Assembly (NCBI GenBank): GCA_964500895.1
Contig: CAZCQP010000001.1
Location: 46,721 to 110,720, forward strand
Direction: 5' to 3'
DNA length: 64,000 bases
From: an uncultured Eubacteriales bacterium
Lineage (GTDB): Bacteria > Bacillota > Clostridia > Lachnospirales > JAISER01
Shown: piece after piece, positions 1-9,039 of the stretch
How the letters are laid out: every line of letters begins with the position of its first letter
Position numbering within the stretch: position 1 is the first letter of the stretch
Program-made: the position numbers and the translations under genes
Notes under the pieces: generated by a model
Databases searched by the model: none
Told to the model about the DNA's origin: nothing
The model's input: only the letters and a program-made list of their open reading frames with translations

Positions 1-386
1 TTCAAGCCTTCAATCACCAGGCCGTTTTTCTGGGCATAATCCCACAATGCGGCATGAAGGGCTTCTTCAGCCAAACAGGAGCAGTGCACTTTCACCGGTG
101 GCAAACCGTCCAAGGCTTCCATCACCACTTTATTGGTAATGGTCAGGGCTTCCTGCACCGTCTTGCCAATGACCAGTTCGGTGGCCATGCTGCTGGTGGC
201 CACAGCAGCACCGCAGCCAAAGGTTTTAAATTTAGCATCTTTAATAACGCCATCTTCAATGTTTAAATACACTTTCATAATGTCGCCGCACTTGGCATTG
301 CCAACGGTGCCTACGCCGCTTGCATCGGCAATTTCGCCCACATTTCTGGGGTTGGTGAAATGATCCATAACTTTATCGCTATACAT
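1..386 (-). CDS. iscU: Fe-S cluster assembly scaffold NifU/IscU (C-terminus cut by window edge)
   Basis: Absent from the ORF track because it runs off the edge. Own minus-strand translation from ATG at comp(384..386): MYSDKVMDHFTNPRNVGEIADASGVGTVGNAKCGDIMKVYL..FKTFGCGAAVATSS..VKVHCS. The scaffold Cys residues are in canonical positions. It lies directly downstream of nifS. Confidence 0.9.
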   Translation of the reverse strand, partial: MYSDKVMDHFTNPRNVGEIADASGVGTVGNAKCGDIMKVYLNIEDGVIKDAKFKTFGCGAAVATSSMATELVIGKTVQEALTITNKVVMEALDGLPPVKVHCSCLAEEALHAALWDYAQKNGLVIEGL

Positions 387-427
387 AGTGATGCACTCCT
401 TTGCCATCCGTTTGTAAACTTGTATTT

Positions 428-1612
428 TTATTTGTTTTTGTTTTGTAAGTATGCCTCATATAAGGGGGACATATCCCGCAAACGTTGCACAATGGGTGGC
501 AACGCCTGAATGATGGTATCAATGTCTTCCTGGGTGTTAAACTTACCCATGGTTAACCGCAGAGAGCCGTGGGCTTTTTCGTGAGGCAGCCCAATGGCCA
601 GCAGCACATGGGAAGGGTCCAGCGAACCGGAGGTGCAGGCAGAACCACTGGAAGCGCAAATGCCCTGGGCATCCAGCAACAGCAGCAACGATTCCCCTTC
701 AATAAATTCAAAGCTGAAATTCACGTTGCCTGGCAAGCGGTTTACTGGGTGGCCGTTTAACCGCACATGGTCGATGCTACCCATCACGCCGTCTATGAGG
801 CGCTGGCTTAATGCCCGCAACCGTGGCCCTTCCTGGGGTAATTCCTGTGTTTTAAGGGCAATGGCTTGCCCCAATCCTACAATACCCGGCACGTTTTCTG
901 TTCCAGCCCGGCGGTTTCTTTCCTGCCCTCCGCCGTGGATGAACGGCGCAAGCTTCACACCTTTGCGAATAACCAGTGCGCCAACCCCTTTGGGCCCGTT
1001 CAGCTTGTGTGCGGATAAGGTGAGCAAATCAATGTTTTGTTCCACCATATCAATGGGCACTGCCCCTACCGCTTGAACGGCATCGGTGTGAAAAAGAATG
1101 CCTTTTTCACGGGCCAGAGCCCCAATTTCAGCTATCGGCTGAATGGTGCCAATTTCATTGTTGGCATACATAATGGTAATTAAAATGGTCTCCGGGCGAA
1201 TGGCTTGCTTTAAATCCTCCATGCGGATAGAACCATTTTCATCTACAGGCAAATAAGTGACTTCAAAACCGTTCTTCTCCAAATACTGGCACGTATGCAA
1301 CACTGCATGGTGCTCGATACAGCTGGTGATGATGTGGCGGCCCTTTTCCTTGTGGGCTTCCGCCACCCCTTTAATGGCCCAGTTGTCCGCTTCTGTTCCG
1401 CCCCCGGTAAAGTATACCTCTTGAGGCTGGGCGCCCAAAGCGGCAGCCACTTGCTCACGTGCCGTTTCAATACCGCTTTTAGCTTGTCTGGCCAAAGCGT
1501 AAACGCTGGAGGGGTTGCCGTAGGCATCTTCCAAATAAGGACGCATAGCGGCAAAAACCTCTGGGCGAACGCCGGTGGTTGCGCCGTTGTCCACATATAT
1601 GCATGGTCTCAT
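428..1612 (-). CDS. nifS: cysteine desulfurase (NifS/IscS class)
   Basis: 394-aa ORF. PLP-lysine context [10 protein letters not shown] and active-site loop SSGSACTSG. It sits between the Rrf2 regulator and the scaffold gene. Confidence 0.93.
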   Translation of the reverse strand: MRPCIYVDNGATTGVRPEVFAAMRPYLEDAYGNPSSVYALARQAKSGIETAREQVAAALGAQPQEVYFTGGGTEADNWAIKGVAEAHKEKGRHIITSCIEHHAVLHTCQYLEKNGFEVTYLPVDENGSIRMEDLKQAIRPETILITIMYANNEIGTIQPIAEIGALAREKGILFHTDAVQAVGAVPIDMVEQNIDLLTLSAHKLNGPKGVGALVIRKGVKLAPFIHGGGQERNRRAGTENVPGIVGLGQAIALKTQELPQEGPRLRALSQRLIDGVMGSIDHVRLNGHPVNRLPGNVNFSFEFIEGESLLLLLDAQGICASSGSACTSGSLDPSHVLLAIGLPHEKAHGSLRLTMGKFNTQEDIDTIIQALPPIVQRLRDMSPLYEAYLQNKNK

Positions 1613-1618
1613 TTTGCT

Positions 1619-2080
1619 TCACTCCTCAATCTCAATAGGGTTGTTTTTGGCATAATCTTGAACCAATTGTTCCAAAGTTACGCCATCTAAAATATCATTT
1701 AAACTTTCGTACATTTTCTCCCACAGTGGTTTGGCCGCACATGTATGGCAGCTGGCGTTGCCACAGGCTGTTTTGTCGTCGTTGGCCAGACAGTCCACCG
1801 GGAACAAGGAACCCTCCAATACACGAAGAATGTCCCCCACCGATGTTTCCGAGGGCTGGCAATTGAGGTGATAGCCCCCTTGCGCCCCCCGTATGCTTTT
1901 CACAAACCCGGCTTTTTTTAAAGCGGCCATCAGCTGCTCTAAATAATGCTCGGAAAGGCCTTGCCTTTCGGCCACGCTTTTTAAAGTGACACACCCCTGG
2001 CTTTGATGGGCTGCAATGTCAATCAGCGCCCTCAAACCGTAGCGGCCTCTTGTGGAAATTTTCAATATGAACACCCCCAA
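1619..2080 (-). CDS. Rrf2-family transcriptional regulator (IscR/CymR-like)
   Basis: 153 aa. N-terminal winged HTH (STRGRYGLRALIDIA) and a C-terminal Cys cluster (CLANDDKTACGNASCHTC). 6-nt gap to nifS. Confidence 0.85.
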   Translation of the reverse strand: MGVFILKISTRGRYGLRALIDIAAHQSQGCVTLKSVAERQGLSEHYLEQLMAALKKAGFVKSIRGAQGGYHLNCQPSETSVGDILRVLEGSLFPVDCLANDDKTACGNASCHTCAAKPLWEKMYESLNDILDGVTLEQLVQDYAKNNPIEIEE

Positions 2081-2166
2081 ATGTTAACGGGTTAATCTAT
2101 ACTAATTAACTTGGTTTTATTTCGTTCCTACTTTATCACTTAATATTTAATTTGTCAAGCATTTGA

Positions 2167-2195
2167 TTGCAATGATTTTACAGTTTTGCTATAAT
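2167..2195 (+). promoter_or_regulatory. sigma-A type promoter of the Spo0A-like gene
   Basis: TTGCAA (2167..2172), 17 nt spacer, TATAAT (2190..2195), with TGc immediately upstream (extended -10). Confidence 0.55.
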
Positions 2196-2220
2196 GGAAA
2201 TATTGGGAAAACAAATGCAT

Positions 2221-2273
2221 TAGGCAGTGTTTGAAAATTCATTAATCGTGAGTTTTAACCAAACACGCCCTAG
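2221..2273. repeat. palindromic element, copy 1 (arms TAGGCAGTGTTT / CAAACACGCCCTAG around a 27-nt loop)
   Basis: Both arms recur contiguously and in reverse complement at 57055..57080. Here the element ends at the RBS of the Spo0A-like gene. Confidence 0.7.
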
Positions 2274-2278
2274 GAGAG

Positions 2279-3055
2279 GTGCTTTTGAGCGGATTGATTA
2301 AGCTGGCCATTATTGAAGATGACCGAAAGTTATGCGCCGCCATTTGGGAATGTTTATCAACCTTGGGGTTGTTTCAGCTGGCTGGCATTGCACGGGACGG
2401 AGAAGAAGGGCTGAAACTTTTGCTGGAGCATGAAGTAGATGTCATGATTATAGAAGCATCCTTGCCTGTCAAGGATGGCGGTTATGTTTTAGAAGAACTG
2501 TCTAGAAGAAAAAATGTCTTGCCAGCGTGTATTGTGCTGTCCAACGTGGAAGCCCGGCAACTTCCTTTTGCCCAAGGCCAAACGCCATATCTTGGCACGG
2601 AAAATATCTTGGTTAAGCCCTTTAGTATAGAGGTTTTGGTTAACCGGCTTGTTTCGGTGTGCAAAGAACGGGGTTGGCTATTGTCTCCAACCCAAATGCT
2701 TTGGCCAAAATCTAACGTAGACCCAGAAGCTTTTGTGATTAATGTTTTACACTTTATGAACATTAAAAACAATTTAAAAGGTTATGATTATTTAAAAACT
2801 GCCATTCTCATGTGCATTGAAGACCGCAATGCCCTGGAATCCATTACCAAAGTGCTGTACCCTGCCATTGCCAAACAGCACCAAACCACCGGGGCTGGAG
2901 TGGAACGGGCCATACGCCACGCCATAGACGACGCCCTGGAAACCGGTGATGTGGAACAATATTTAAAGCAACAAGGGGTTCAGCTTCACAAAATAACCAA
3001 CAGCAAGCTGATTAAGCTCATATTGGAGCACTACGACGCAGAACATTTATATTAG
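2279..3055 (+). CDS. Spo0A-family response regulator, atypical receiver (Glu at phospho-acceptor position)
   Basis: The C-terminal half matches the Spo0A DNA-binding domain (KGYDYLKTAI.., SITKVLYPAIAKQHQTTGAGVERAIRHAI, ITNSKLI). The receiver keeps EDD, S and K, but DVMIIEASLPVKDG aligns to the DVLVLDIIMPHLDG that I recall for B. subtilis Spo0A. The true start may be TTG at 2285, 6 nt after GGAGAGG. Confidence 0.8.
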   Translation: MLLSGLIKLAIIEDDRKLCAAIWECLSTLGLFQLAGIARDGEEGLKLLLEHEVDVMIIEASLPVKDGGYVLEELSRRKNVLPACIVLSNVEARQLPFAQGQTPYLGTENILVKPFSIEVLVNRLVSVCKERGWLLSPTQMLWPKSNVDPEAFVINVLHFMNIKNNLKGYDYLKTAILMCIEDRNALESITKVLYPAIAKQHQTTGAGVERAIRHAIDDALETGDVEQYLKQQGVQLHKITNSKLIKLILEHYDAEHLY

Positions 3056-3058
3056 CAT

Positions 3059-3106
3059 AAGGGGTTGCAACAAAAGTGAAACAACGCACTTTTGTTACAA
3101 CCCCTT
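3059..3106. terminator. bidirectional hairpin between convergent genes
   Basis: 20-bp perfect stem AAGGGGTTGCAACAAAAGTG / CACTTTTGTTACAACCCCTT with an 8-nt loop. Confidence 0.65.
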
Positions 3107-3170
3107 TAATGTGGACACTTCTTATTTTTATGCGCTTGCAAAGGCCTTTGCTATGCGCAAATCGCTGTAA

Positions 3171-4649
3171 TTACCGCAGCAGTTGCAGAATGTTTTGAGG
3201 TGCTTGGTTGGCTTGTGCCAGCATAGAAGTAGCTGCTTGCTGAAGCACGTTGGATTTGGTTAAATCCATCATTTCCTTAGCCATATCAGCGTCACGTATC
3301 CGGGATTCGGAAGCGGACAGGTTTTCGGCGGAAATGTTCAAGCTCCTGATGGTGTATTCCAGTCTGTTTTGAGCAGCACCAAGCTTGGAACGTTCTGTGG
3401 TTACATAAGACAGCGCTGTATCCAGAACGTCTAAGATACCGGTGGTATCGGCACCTGTGTTCTTTAACAGGTCTATGGTGGTGTTGCCCATGCCGTCACC
3501 AATACCTAAAGTGTTGGACTTAATGGAACCAATGTTAATTTCCAGACCCTGGTTAGCGTTTGCACCCACCTGGAAGTAGAGAGACTGGCTGTTGCCGCCT
3601 GCATTAATCACTGCATTGGCAGCTTGAATTTGCAGGTCGTTGGCCATGTCGTAGCGGGTTTGTGCTAAATCTGCCAATTTGTCGGCAGACTTTTTGGTTT
3701 GGGTAGCTGTTGCAGCAGACAATTGTAAATCACGCAATTGTTTTTGGCCGGCAGTATTTAAATTCCAAGTGTCGGTTGCAGCACTTAAAGCATTGGCGTC
3801 TGCAATACGTGTATCACCTAATGCAATATAGGCAGTAGCCAGCGCAGCATTGGCCACGATGGAAGCGCTGTTTGCCTTCACAAAGTCGTACAGCGAAGAA
3901 GCTGTATTGCCTGTGTAAGCTGTACCGGTAGCAGCGGTTACTTCAGCCAGCATGGCAGAATAGTTCGGGTCTGCCGTTAAGTTGTTGTAGCCGAGTAAGA
4001 AGTTTGCTTCACTGGCTTGGTAGGCAGTTTTTGCTGCTTCGTAAGTGGCATAGTCGAGGTTTGTTGCAGCAAAAGTGGCAATTGCCGCATTAGCGGAATC
4101 TAAAGCCAGAGCAGCCTGAGCGGCTTTCATAGCGGTGGCAGCCTGTTCGTTTGTGGCGGCATCTAACTGCTTGTTCCGTTGATCCAGCACATCTTGCAGG
4201 TTTGCATATTCGCCGTTAATGACTTTCTTTTTATTAAACTCAACCCGTTCGGCCATGGAATCAATTTCCTGTACCAGCTGGTTAACTTCGTCTTGCATTT
4301 TTTGACGGTCGCCTGTACCCAATTCGTTATGTTCATTGGTGTCATTGGAGGCCTGAACCGTTAATTCTCTAATTCTTTGAAGCATATCGTTAATTTCTTG
4401 CATACCGCCTTCTGCGGTTTGTATTAAAGAGATGGCATCTTGAGAGTTTTTGGCAGCTTGGTTTAAGCCACGAACTTGGGCCCGCATTTTTTCAGAAATA
4501 GCCAGCCCGGCAGCATCATCGGCAGCGGTATTAATGCGCAAGCCGGAAGAAAGGCGTTGAGATGCTTTATACTGCATTTCGCCCACTTTCCTCATGTATC
4601 GGTGGGCATTTAAAGCCAGAACATTCGTATTGATTACCATGTTACTCAT
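3171..4649 (-). CDS. fliC: flagellin (492 aa)
   Basis: N-terminus MSNMVINTNVLALNAHR.., D0/D1 motifs LSSGLRINTAADDAAGLAISEKMRAQVRGL and C-terminus QANQAPQNILQLLR. Start trimmed to the ATG at comp(4647..4649), which sits behind AAGGAGGA. The ORF track extends it 30 codons further upstream. Confidence 0.95.
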   Translation of the reverse strand: MSNMVINTNVLALNAHRYMRKVGEMQYKASQRLSSGLRINTAADDAAGLAISEKMRAQVRGLNQAAKNSQDAISLIQTAEGGMQEINDMLQRIRELTVQASNDTNEHNELGTGDRQKMQDEVNQLVQEIDSMAERVEFNKKKVINGEYANLQDVLDQRNKQLDAATNEQAATAMKAAQAALALDSANAAIATFAATNLDYATYEAAKTAYQASEANFLLGYNNLTADPNYSAMLAEVTAATGTAYTGNTASSLYDFVKANSASIVANAALATAYIALGDTRIADANALSAATDTWNLNTAGQKQLRDLQLSAATATQTKKSADKLADLAQTRYDMANDLQIQAANAVINAGGNSQSLYFQVGANANQGLEINIGSIKSNTLGIGDGMGNTTIDLLKNTGADTTGILDVLDTALSYVTTERSKLGAAQNRLEYTIRSLNISAENLSASESRIRDADMAKEMMDLTKSNVLQQAATSMLAQANQAPQNILQLLR

Positions 4650-4656
4650 CGTAAAT

Positions 4657-4691
4657 TCCTCCTTGATTAATTGGTTGCAAGACATCCTTGC
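4657..4691 (-). promoter_or_regulatory. candidate CsrA binding pair in the flagellin 5' leader
   Basis: mRNA sense: the hairpin GCAAG-GAUGU-CUUGC presents CAAGGAUGU, which matches the SELEX core CARGGAUGU. A second CAAGGAGG is the SD, about 25 nt downstream. Confidence 0.45.
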
Positions 4692-4736
4692 CTCGCATCT
4701 ATTATGACCAGAGAGGAAAAAACTATTCTCACAATA

Positions 4737-4771
4737 CAAAAAGCCCGGCGCACTTTAGCAACCGGGCTTTT
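4737..4771 (-). terminator. intrinsic terminator after the TSCPD gene
   Basis: Minus-strand read: AAAAGCCCGG-loop-CCGGGCTTTTT. Confidence 0.75.
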
Positions 4772-4779
4772 AGACCTAT

Positions 4780-5025
4780 TTAAGCTTTACAATATTGTTC
4801 CAACGCTGCTGCCAATTGGGCCGGGCAAGACGTTCTTTTGTCACCGCATTTCACATTTTTTAGGCGGTTAATGACTTCATCCACAGCCATACCTTCCACC
4901 AGCCGGCCAATTCCATTGCCATTGCCATTGCATCCCCTTGTAAAAGCTACATTAAATACTTTTCCGTCTTTTACCTCAAAATCAATTTTTGTTGCACAAA
5001 CTCCAGCTGGTGTAAATTGAGCCAA
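4780..5025 (-). CDS. TSCPD-domain small protein (TIGR03905-like)
   Basis: 81 aa containing KRTSCPAQLA plus additional Cys residues. TTG start behind GGGGGA. Confidence 0.65.
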   Translation of the reverse strand: MAQFTPAGVCATKIDFEVKDGKVFNVAFTRGCNGNGNGIGRLVEGMAVDEVINRLKNVKCGDKRTSCPAQLAAALEQYCKA

Positions 5026-5120
5026 TGTTCATTTCCCCCTTGAATCTAAAAATATTTTTGTTTGTTTTAAACAGGAACATCCACAGCAAGGGGAAACAGA
5101 ACCCCTTGCACAAGTAAACT

Positions 5121-7367
5121 TTAATATTTCCCAAAATCGGATTTATTATATTCGGCTTCACCACTTGGCACAGACATTTTATGCTCGATGGCTGGCTTTT
5201 CATGGAACGCTGCCAGTTCTTTAACAGGAGCCATGGTTTTTTTGCTTTCCATAGGTTTTGCTTTGGGTGGCTGTGCTGTTTTAGGCATTTCTTTAATAGG
5301 TGCTTCCTTTACCGGTGGCCTGGCTTTAGGCTTAGGGGCCACATGGGGTTTTTCATTAAACTTTTCCATTAATTGTTCTGCCGGCTGGCGAGAAGTTTTT
5401 GCTTTCCCGCTTATGCTTGGCGCCACCGACTGAAAAGTTGCCCCCGTTGTTTTGGGTGCCAGCTTAAACTGTGCCACCATGTTGTTGGACAATTCTGCCT
5501 GGCTGGTCAGCTGTTGGGCCGCAGCGGCTTCTTCTTCCGACGTGGCGGTATTGGTTTGGGTAACAGCTGCAATTTTGTCAATGCCATCGTTAATCATGGC
5601 AATTTCAGCTTCCTGAGCACTGGAGGCTTCTGCTACGCCGCCAACCAGCTGGGAAATTTCAGAAATTTGGCCCACAATGGCATTCAATGTATCTGCGGTT
5701 TGGTTGGCAATTTTTGCCCCTTCATTCACCTTTTCCACAGACCCTTGAATGAGCGCCGTGGTTTCCTGGGCGGCGTTCTTGCTTCTTGCCGCCAAACTGC
5801 GCACTTCTTCCGCCACAACCGCAAAACCTTTGCCGTGTTGCCCGGCTCTTGCGGCTTCTACCGCTGCGTTAAGGGCCAGCAAATTGGTTTGGAATGCAAT
5901 ATCATCAATCACCTTAATGATTTTAGAAATGTTAACGGAAGCTGCATTAATTTCTTCCATAGCCACCAACATGCCGTGCATTTCCTCGTTACCCACCGCT
6001 GCATTTTCTTTTGTTTGCAGCGCCAGGTCATTGGCAGCCTTGGCATCTTCAGCGTTTTGCTTTGTTTGTGCCGTAATGCCCCCTAATGTGGCCAACAGCT
6101 GGTCAACAGCCATGGCCTGCTCTGCTGCACCGCTGGCCAGTGTCATGCTGGACTCTGAAATTTGTCTGGCACCGGCGGCCACTTGTTCCGATGAAATGTG
6201 AATGTCGTGCAAAATGCCATTAAATGCATCAATAATATAAGCCATGGCTTGCTTAATGGGCGCAAAATCCCCTGCGTAGTCCATGGATACAGACACATTT
6301 AAGTTCTTTTGGCCCATCTGTTGCAGGGTGTTGGAAATATCCCCCACATAAGACGACAAGGTGTTTAGCGTTTTATTCAGCTCTTGTTTTAATTTATCAT
6401 AGGCACCTTTGTAATTGCCTTTCATGTGGTTGGATAAATCACCTTTGGACATGGCTTCTACCACAGCAATGGTTTCAGAAATGGGCCCCACTATGCCTTC
6501 CAGCAAATTGTTTAACCCATGGGCAATGTCTGCCCAGCTATTGGCATACTTGGTGGCATCAATGCGGCTATTCAGCTTGCCTTCCGCAGCTGCATCTGCC
6601 AGCTGTTGAATGTCTGCTGCCACAACCATCAAGTTTTGTTGTAGCTGGTCAAAAGCTTCCGTTAAAATGGCCTTTTTGCCAATGTGCCGCTTAACGGTAA
6701 CTGTAAAATCTCCTGCTGCGTATGCTTGTACAGCGTTTAAGGCATCCACCGTATCGCTAATTAAGCCATTCAACAGTTTGTTAAAGCTGGTGGCCACTTG
6801 CCCGTAAGCCCCTACATATTCGCGGGCGTCCAGCCTGGCCTCGAAATTGCCGATGTCTTCAACCTGCACAGAAACCGCGTTCATATCTTCTAATAAATCG
6901 TTGATGGTGTTGGCCACCTGAGCAATGGCATTAGAAATTTGCGCAATTTCATCGCTGCCGTTACTGCCGGTTACCGCATCCAGCCGCCCCTGCACAATAT
7001 GGTCTGTATTCTGCAAAAGGGTGCGCATGGGTTTTGTAATGATTTCCTTTAACAGAAAACGAACCGCCAATAAAATGACAAAACCTAAAACAGCCAAAAC
7101 GATGGATATTACAGCATCTTTTTTAGATTGTGCCGACAGCGCCTTAGACACTTGCTGCATGTTTTGAATGGCTTCCTTGCCTTGGTCTTGGGTCTGCCCT
7201 TGTAGTGTGGTTAGCGCATCATCCAATGTTTTGGTATACTTAGCATCAATGGTGTAAATTTGATAGGCACTAAAGCCACCTATGAAAGCAGTGAACACAA
7301 AAATAATGCCAAACACAACCAATATTTTTGTTCTTACTTTCAACCTGTTAAATGCATTCATCCTCAT
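5121..7367 (-). CDS. methyl-accepting chemotaxis protein with long Pro/Lys-rich C-terminal tail
   Basis: Two N-terminal TM segments and a long helical HAMP-like region. Highly conserved signalling hairpin ([37 protein letters not shown]). The start may be the second Met, at comp(7361). Confidence 0.92.
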   Translation of the reverse strand: MRMNAFNRLKVRTKILVVFGIIFVFTAFIGGFSAYQIYTIDAKYTKTLDDALTTLQGQTQDQGKEAIQNMQQVSKALSAQSKKDAVISIVLAVLGFVILLAVRFLLKEIITKPMRTLLQNTDHIVQGRLDAVTGSNGSDEIAQISNAIAQVANTINDLLEDMNAVSVQVEDIGNFEARLDAREYVGAYGQVATSFNKLLNGLISDTVDALNAVQAYAAGDFTVTVKRHIGKKAILTEAFDQLQQNLMVVAADIQQLADAAAEGKLNSRIDATKYANSWADIAHGLNNLLEGIVGPISETIAVVEAMSKGDLSNHMKGNYKGAYDKLKQELNKTLNTLSSYVGDISNTLQQMGQKNLNVSVSMDYAGDFAPIKQAMAYIIDAFNGILHDIHISSEQVAAGARQISESSMTLASGAAEQAMAVDQLLATLGGITAQTKQNAEDAKAANDLALQTKENAAVGNEEMHGMLVAMEEINAASVNISKIIKVIDDIAFQTNLLALNAAVEAARAGQHGKGFAVVAEEVRSLAARSKNAAQETTALIQGSVEKVNEGAKIANQTADTLNAIVGQISEISQLVGGVAEASSAQEAEIAMINDGIDKIAAVTQTNTATSEEEAAAAQQLTSQAELSNNMVAQFKLAPKTTGATFQSVAPSISGKAKTSRQPAEQLMEKFNEKPHVAPKPKARPPVKEAPIKEMPKTAQPPKAKPMESKKTMAPVKELAAFHEKPAIEHKMSVPSGEAEYNKSDFGKY

Positions 7368-7478
7368 TCCACCTTTTCAATTGGTTTGGTAAGAATTGGC
7401 GGCTTCATTTATGATTATCCCGGCAGTTGCCGAATCGCTGGCTCATGCCGCCCTAAAACTGCTGTCATTTACAGCCAT

Positions 7479-7507
7479 ATTATACCCCCCCTTGATTATT
7501 CTGGCAA
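7479..7507 (-). promoter_or_regulatory. sigma-A type promoter for the MCP gene
   Basis: Minus-strand read: TTGCCA, 17 nt spacer, TATAAT. This leaves a leader of about 110 nt. Confidence 0.5.
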
Positions 7508-7539
7508 CATATTTTTAACTTTATTTTTTTTAGAAAGCT

Positions 7540-7547
7540 GCCGATAA
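7540..7547 (+). promoter_or_regulatory. sigma-D/sigma-28 type -10 element upstream of the second flagellin
   Basis: GCCGATAA matches the sigma-D -10 consensus GCCGATAT. No clean TAAA -35 at 15-nt spacing. Confidence 0.45.
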
Positions 7548-7604
7548 ATAAGTATAACAGACTTCAAACATAATGGAATGAATATAAGATAAGGGGTATT
7601 TTGC

Positions 7605-8987
7605 ATGAGAATCGGAGAAAACATTCAGGCACTTCAAGCCTATAACAGCATGAGCCAGGCGTCTCGCCAGATTAATCTTGCTTCTTTAAGGTTGTCCAGC
7701 GGGCTTAAAATAAATTCTGCCGCAGACGATGCCGCCGGTTTGGCCATTGCCAATAAATTGCGCCTGCAAGTACACGGCATTGAAAAAGCCAGCCAAAACT
7801 CTTCCCAGGGTGTTTCAATGATTCAAACAGCGGAAGGTGCCATGACAGAAATTCACAACATGCTGCAACGCATTCGTGAACTGGCAGTAAAAGCGGCCAA
7901 CGACACCAACGAAGAGCCAGACCGTAAAAAAATGCAGGATGAGATTGACCAGCTTATTGAAGAAATCAACGATATTCCACAAAAAACAGAGTACAATAAA
8001 ATTAAACTGTTAAACGGCGAATGTGACAGAATCATCCGCCCATCTGCCAATGTTTCGGTGCTGCGCATGAGCGACACCACACCTTATGGACTTCTGGAAT
8101 TTACCGTGAACACTCTGGGTTCCCCCGCAACCGTTGTGGCCGGGCCTTCCCTACCCCTCCCGAACCCTGCTTTGGAAGGCAAAACCCTGCAAATTAACGG
8201 CCGTAACATTGAAGTTTCCGGCACAGACACCGCCGCAATCATATACAACAGAATTAATACGGCTTTAAATGCAGAGCCTTCGTTACAGGTTAGCGTCACC
8301 CCCGGTTCCGGCACCAATGTGTTGGGCACGTTAGCCTCTATGGAATCCGGGTCTTCGCAAAGCCTGACCATTACCGGGGACCCGGCTTTATTGGCTCACC
8401 TGGGCTTGTCCCCTGTTACAACTTACGGCACAGACGCAACAGTGTCCATTAATTCCGGCTTCGACCCTTTAACCGCCACCTATACCACACAGGGCAACCG
8501 CATCACCATTACAGACCGGAACAATGTGGAGGTTTGCCTAGATATAAACCCTAATACCACGGCGGGCAGCAGACAGGGCATTTTTACCCAAACCGGGCCA
8601 TTAAACCTGCAAGTTGGTGCCAATAAAAACACCAATATGTACATCACCATTCCAAAGCTGAACGCCGAAACCATTGAAGTGAGCAAAGCCAACGTGAACT
8701 CCCGGGAAACTGCATCCAACACCATTGGCCTGGTGGATAAATCCATTGCCATTGTTTCCTCCGTTCGCTCCAAGCTGGGGGCATACCAAAACCGGCTGGA
8801 ACATACCATCTCCAACTTAGACAATGCCTTCATTGATTCTTCCCAATCCCTGTCCCGGGTGGAGGATACAGACATGGCAATGGAAATGGCAAACTACTCC
8901 AAGAACAATGTGGTTTATCAGGCGGGTGTAGCCATTTTGGCACAAGCCAACGCCAGACCGCAATCCATTCTGCAACTGTTGCAATAA
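7605..8987 (+). CDS. flagellin paralogue (460 aa)
   Basis: LSSGLKINSAADDAAGLAIANKLRLQVHGI, LQRIRELAVKAANDTN and C-terminus QANARPQSILQLLQ. The central domain is unrelated to that of the 492-aa flagellin. Confidence 0.93.
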   Translation: MRIGENIQALQAYNSMSQASRQINLASLRLSSGLKINSAADDAAGLAIANKLRLQVHGIEKASQNSSQGVSMIQTAEGAMTEIHNMLQRIRELAVKAANDTNEEPDRKKMQDEIDQLIEEINDIPQKTEYNKIKLLNGECDRIIRPSANVSVLRMSDTTPYGLLEFTVNTLGSPATVVAGPSLPLPNPALEGKTLQINGRNIEVSGTDTAAIIYNRINTALNAEPSLQVSVTPGSGTNVLGTLASMESGSSQSLTITGDPALLAHLGLSPVTTYGTDATVSINSGFDPLTATYTTQGNRITITDRNNVEVCLDINPNTTAGSRQGIFTQTGPLNLQVGANKNTNMYITIPKLNAETIEVSKANVNSRETASNTIGLVDKSIAIVSSVRSKLGAYQNRLEHTISNLDNAFIDSSQSLSRVEDTDMAMEMANYSKNNVVYQAGVAILAQANARPQSILQLLQ

Positions 8988-9039
8988 AAGTGGTTTGGAT
9001 CAAAGTCTAGCGAAAAGTGGTCAGTGAGAAGGGATTTCT

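Noticed and set aside
5373-6201. Long antisense ORFs (237 aa and 150 aa) inside the MCP gene.
   Set aside because: The sense strand encodes the highly conserved MCP signalling domain. The antisense frames are open only because of the Ala/Gln/Glu-rich codon bias.
7511-7547. A complete sigma-28 promoter (TAAA-N15-GCCGATAA) for the second flagellin.
   Set aside because: Only the -10 element is convincing. The sequence at the -35 position (TTAT or TTAA) does not match at the canonical spacing, so only the -10 is reported, at modest confidence.
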